Below are positions 62,059-64,000 of a DNA stretch of 64,000 bases, piece by piece. A model generated the notes under the pieces. The model did not search any database. It had not been told where the DNA came from and worked only from the letters and a program-made list of their open reading frames with translations. Source of the DNA: Eledone cirrhosa (lineage: Eukaryota). Position 1 is the first letter of the stretch. Each line of letters begins with the position of its first letter. The stretch is taken from assembly GCA_964016885.1 (NCBI GenBank), contig OZ024742.1:97402001-97466000 (forward strand). Direction: 5' to 3'. The position numbers were made by a program, and so were the translations under genes.

Positions 62059-62094
<36 letters not shown>

Positions 62095-62322
62095 TACAAT
62101 GATTATATAGATTTATTTATAAATGTATATAAATTTGTATACATACATATAAGCACACACATATGTACATGTATAAAGATGTATATTTTATTGAAAACAT
62201 GACTTTTTCTAGTTTTATAATTTTCTTTATTTTTTTAGTTTTTTATTCATATATAGCCCAGGCAGTTTCTTTAGAACAATGAAGTCTCAAGCTCCACTAT
62301 TAATATTTTTAGACATATTAGA

Positions 62323-62512
62323 CGGGCGGTGGATTGGCAGTATCGGTAGAGGGTTGTATGCCATGCTTTGCAGTACAGTTACGTCCCTTTACGATCTGAG
62401 TTCAAATCCCACCGAGGTTAACTTTGCCTTTCATCCTTACGAGGTCGATAAAATAAAGTACCAGTAATACACTGGGATAATTGCTGGCCTTGTGCCAAAA
62501 GTAGAAACAATT
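62323..62512 (+). mobile_element. Family A SINE with TSD ATTAATATTTTTAGACAT
   Basis: 18-bp direct repeat at about 62299 and 62510. Confidence 0.92.
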
Positions 62513-63794
62513 AATATTTTTAGACATCACCGTCTCATCTTCTGGATGTGAAATGTTGTTGACATATCTAACTGTCTGTTTTATAGTTGGCACATATAGT
62601 TTATGTAGACTTTATTCACAGAAATTGAAATATAATTCTGGTATCTATACATCATCAGTCACATGTCTGTTTTGTGTATGTATTAGGAGTAATATTTCCA
62701 TAAGTAATAACATATTTTTGTGGGGAACTTTGTTTAGTATGGATGCATTATTTGCTAATGTTTTCCTATCTAACTTAATTTATTGTTGTGTGGTGCAGTA
62801 TCACAATTGTTTTGTTGGAATCTAATAGTGTGCCCAAGAAAAAATGTTGTAATTGTATTGACCACTGGAGTCTTGAAGTTTATGACTTTCACTTTTCCAA
62901 TTAATAATGAGATTTATATATTTGAGCGTAAATGTTCAAGTTGAATGTGAAAGAAGAATTTAAACAATCAAATATGGGAAAGAATGGGAAAAAGGAGAAA
63001 CGTGTTCATAAATTCTGCATACATGCACTCACTGCTCACACATGGATGAATATAAATCTGTCATATCCACTGAAGCCAGTTTTTCTTATGTTGAAACAAC
63101 AATGTATGACAATTGAATGGATCTTACAATACAGCAGCCATATGGAGTAAAAACTATGCTATGCACCATTTAGAGATTATTTAATTGATCATTTAAGGAC
63201 ATGAAGAATTCACCTCTAGTCATGTCACCATCTTGCCTGTCTGCTCTTGTATAAATTCCTTAGGCAAATATACATACTCCTTTGCAACATACCTATGGCA
63301 TGTCTCTTTCTTTGCCTGAATTCATCCTAGGTCTAAAACATCTCTTTGGCTTGTAATGCTAGAGCTATTGTTGGCATATTTATTAATATCATACAAGTTT
63401 GTTGTTGTTGTTGGTATTCTTGTATATATATGCATTTTTGTGAGGAAAATAGTAAATGTTTCTGTGTATGAATGTATCTGTTTGTCTCATTGTAAGCTTT
63501 TGTTAATCTTTTGTTATTTAACCATGTTATCTGTTATTAATTACATTTTTGCGTATTTGAAAATTATCATCATTTTCATTTGAAGGGGTGCTACTACATT
63601 TCATATCAATACCTCTTAGTGCTCCTTAAGTATAATCTATATTGGTTAGATTGTAAATAGGTAATTCTTTTTTAATTTAAAAACAGATCCGTTTCTACTC
63701 TATGAATAAGAATAGATGGTGGAATATTTAAAATCTTTTGCTTGCAAAATAATCCAAAATATCTTCAAGTAAGATTTCTGATACCACAAAAAAT

Positions 63795-64000
63795 ACACTC
63801 AGCCCACAGTATTAAGTAGTAGTGCTGGTAGCATGGTAAAAGGCATCCAGTTCAACCTGTGAAGGAGTAGTGGTGGTGCACCTGGTACATGCTGGGAAGT
63901 GGTTGGCATTAGGAAGAACATCCAGCTGTAGATATCACACCAAAATTCAATATACAAGCCCTGTCTGGCCTGAGAATGTAACAACTCGCCTAATGCTTGT
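63795..64000 (+). mobile_element. Old RTE-tail/SINE fragment
   Basis: GGTTGGCATTAGGAAGAACATCCAGCTGTAG resembles the RTE 3' UTR. Confidence 0.55.

Overview
A very AT-rich, microsatellite-dense animal window with no recognisable host protein-coding gene. The SINE, RTE and (AT)n make-up suggests an octopod cephalopod, which is my inference only. Almost all interpretable sequence is transposon-derived. (1) A full-length, apparently intact Tx1/L1-clade LINE (35222-41252, minus; ORF1 with CCHC knuckle, ORF2 APE-RT-CCHC) heads a same-strand pile-up of Tx1 fragments and tRNA-derived SINEs in (AAT)n tracts. (2) RTE-clade LINE fragments include one with an open RT frame containing a PHD finger, plus RTE-tailed SINEs. 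(3) There are degenerate R4/Dong-like RLE LINE remnants, a DD37D (maT) transposon and 198-bp MITEs. (4) Non-autonomous Helitrons occur, including a head-to-tail concatemer. (5) The most striking signal is a set of Penelope-like (PLE) remnants and fold-back palindromes carrying type I hammerhead ribozyme cores that read outward towards (AT)n. Three unrelated hammerheads share a C-C mismatch at base pair 4 of stem II. A 14-bp hairpin in Tx1 ORF2 also coincides with the 5' truncation point of two separate copies. Most ORF-track entries (YIYI, VCVC, poly-N/S/L/R) are microsatellite artefacts. All coordinates were read by eye, and boundaries of degenerate elements are approximate.
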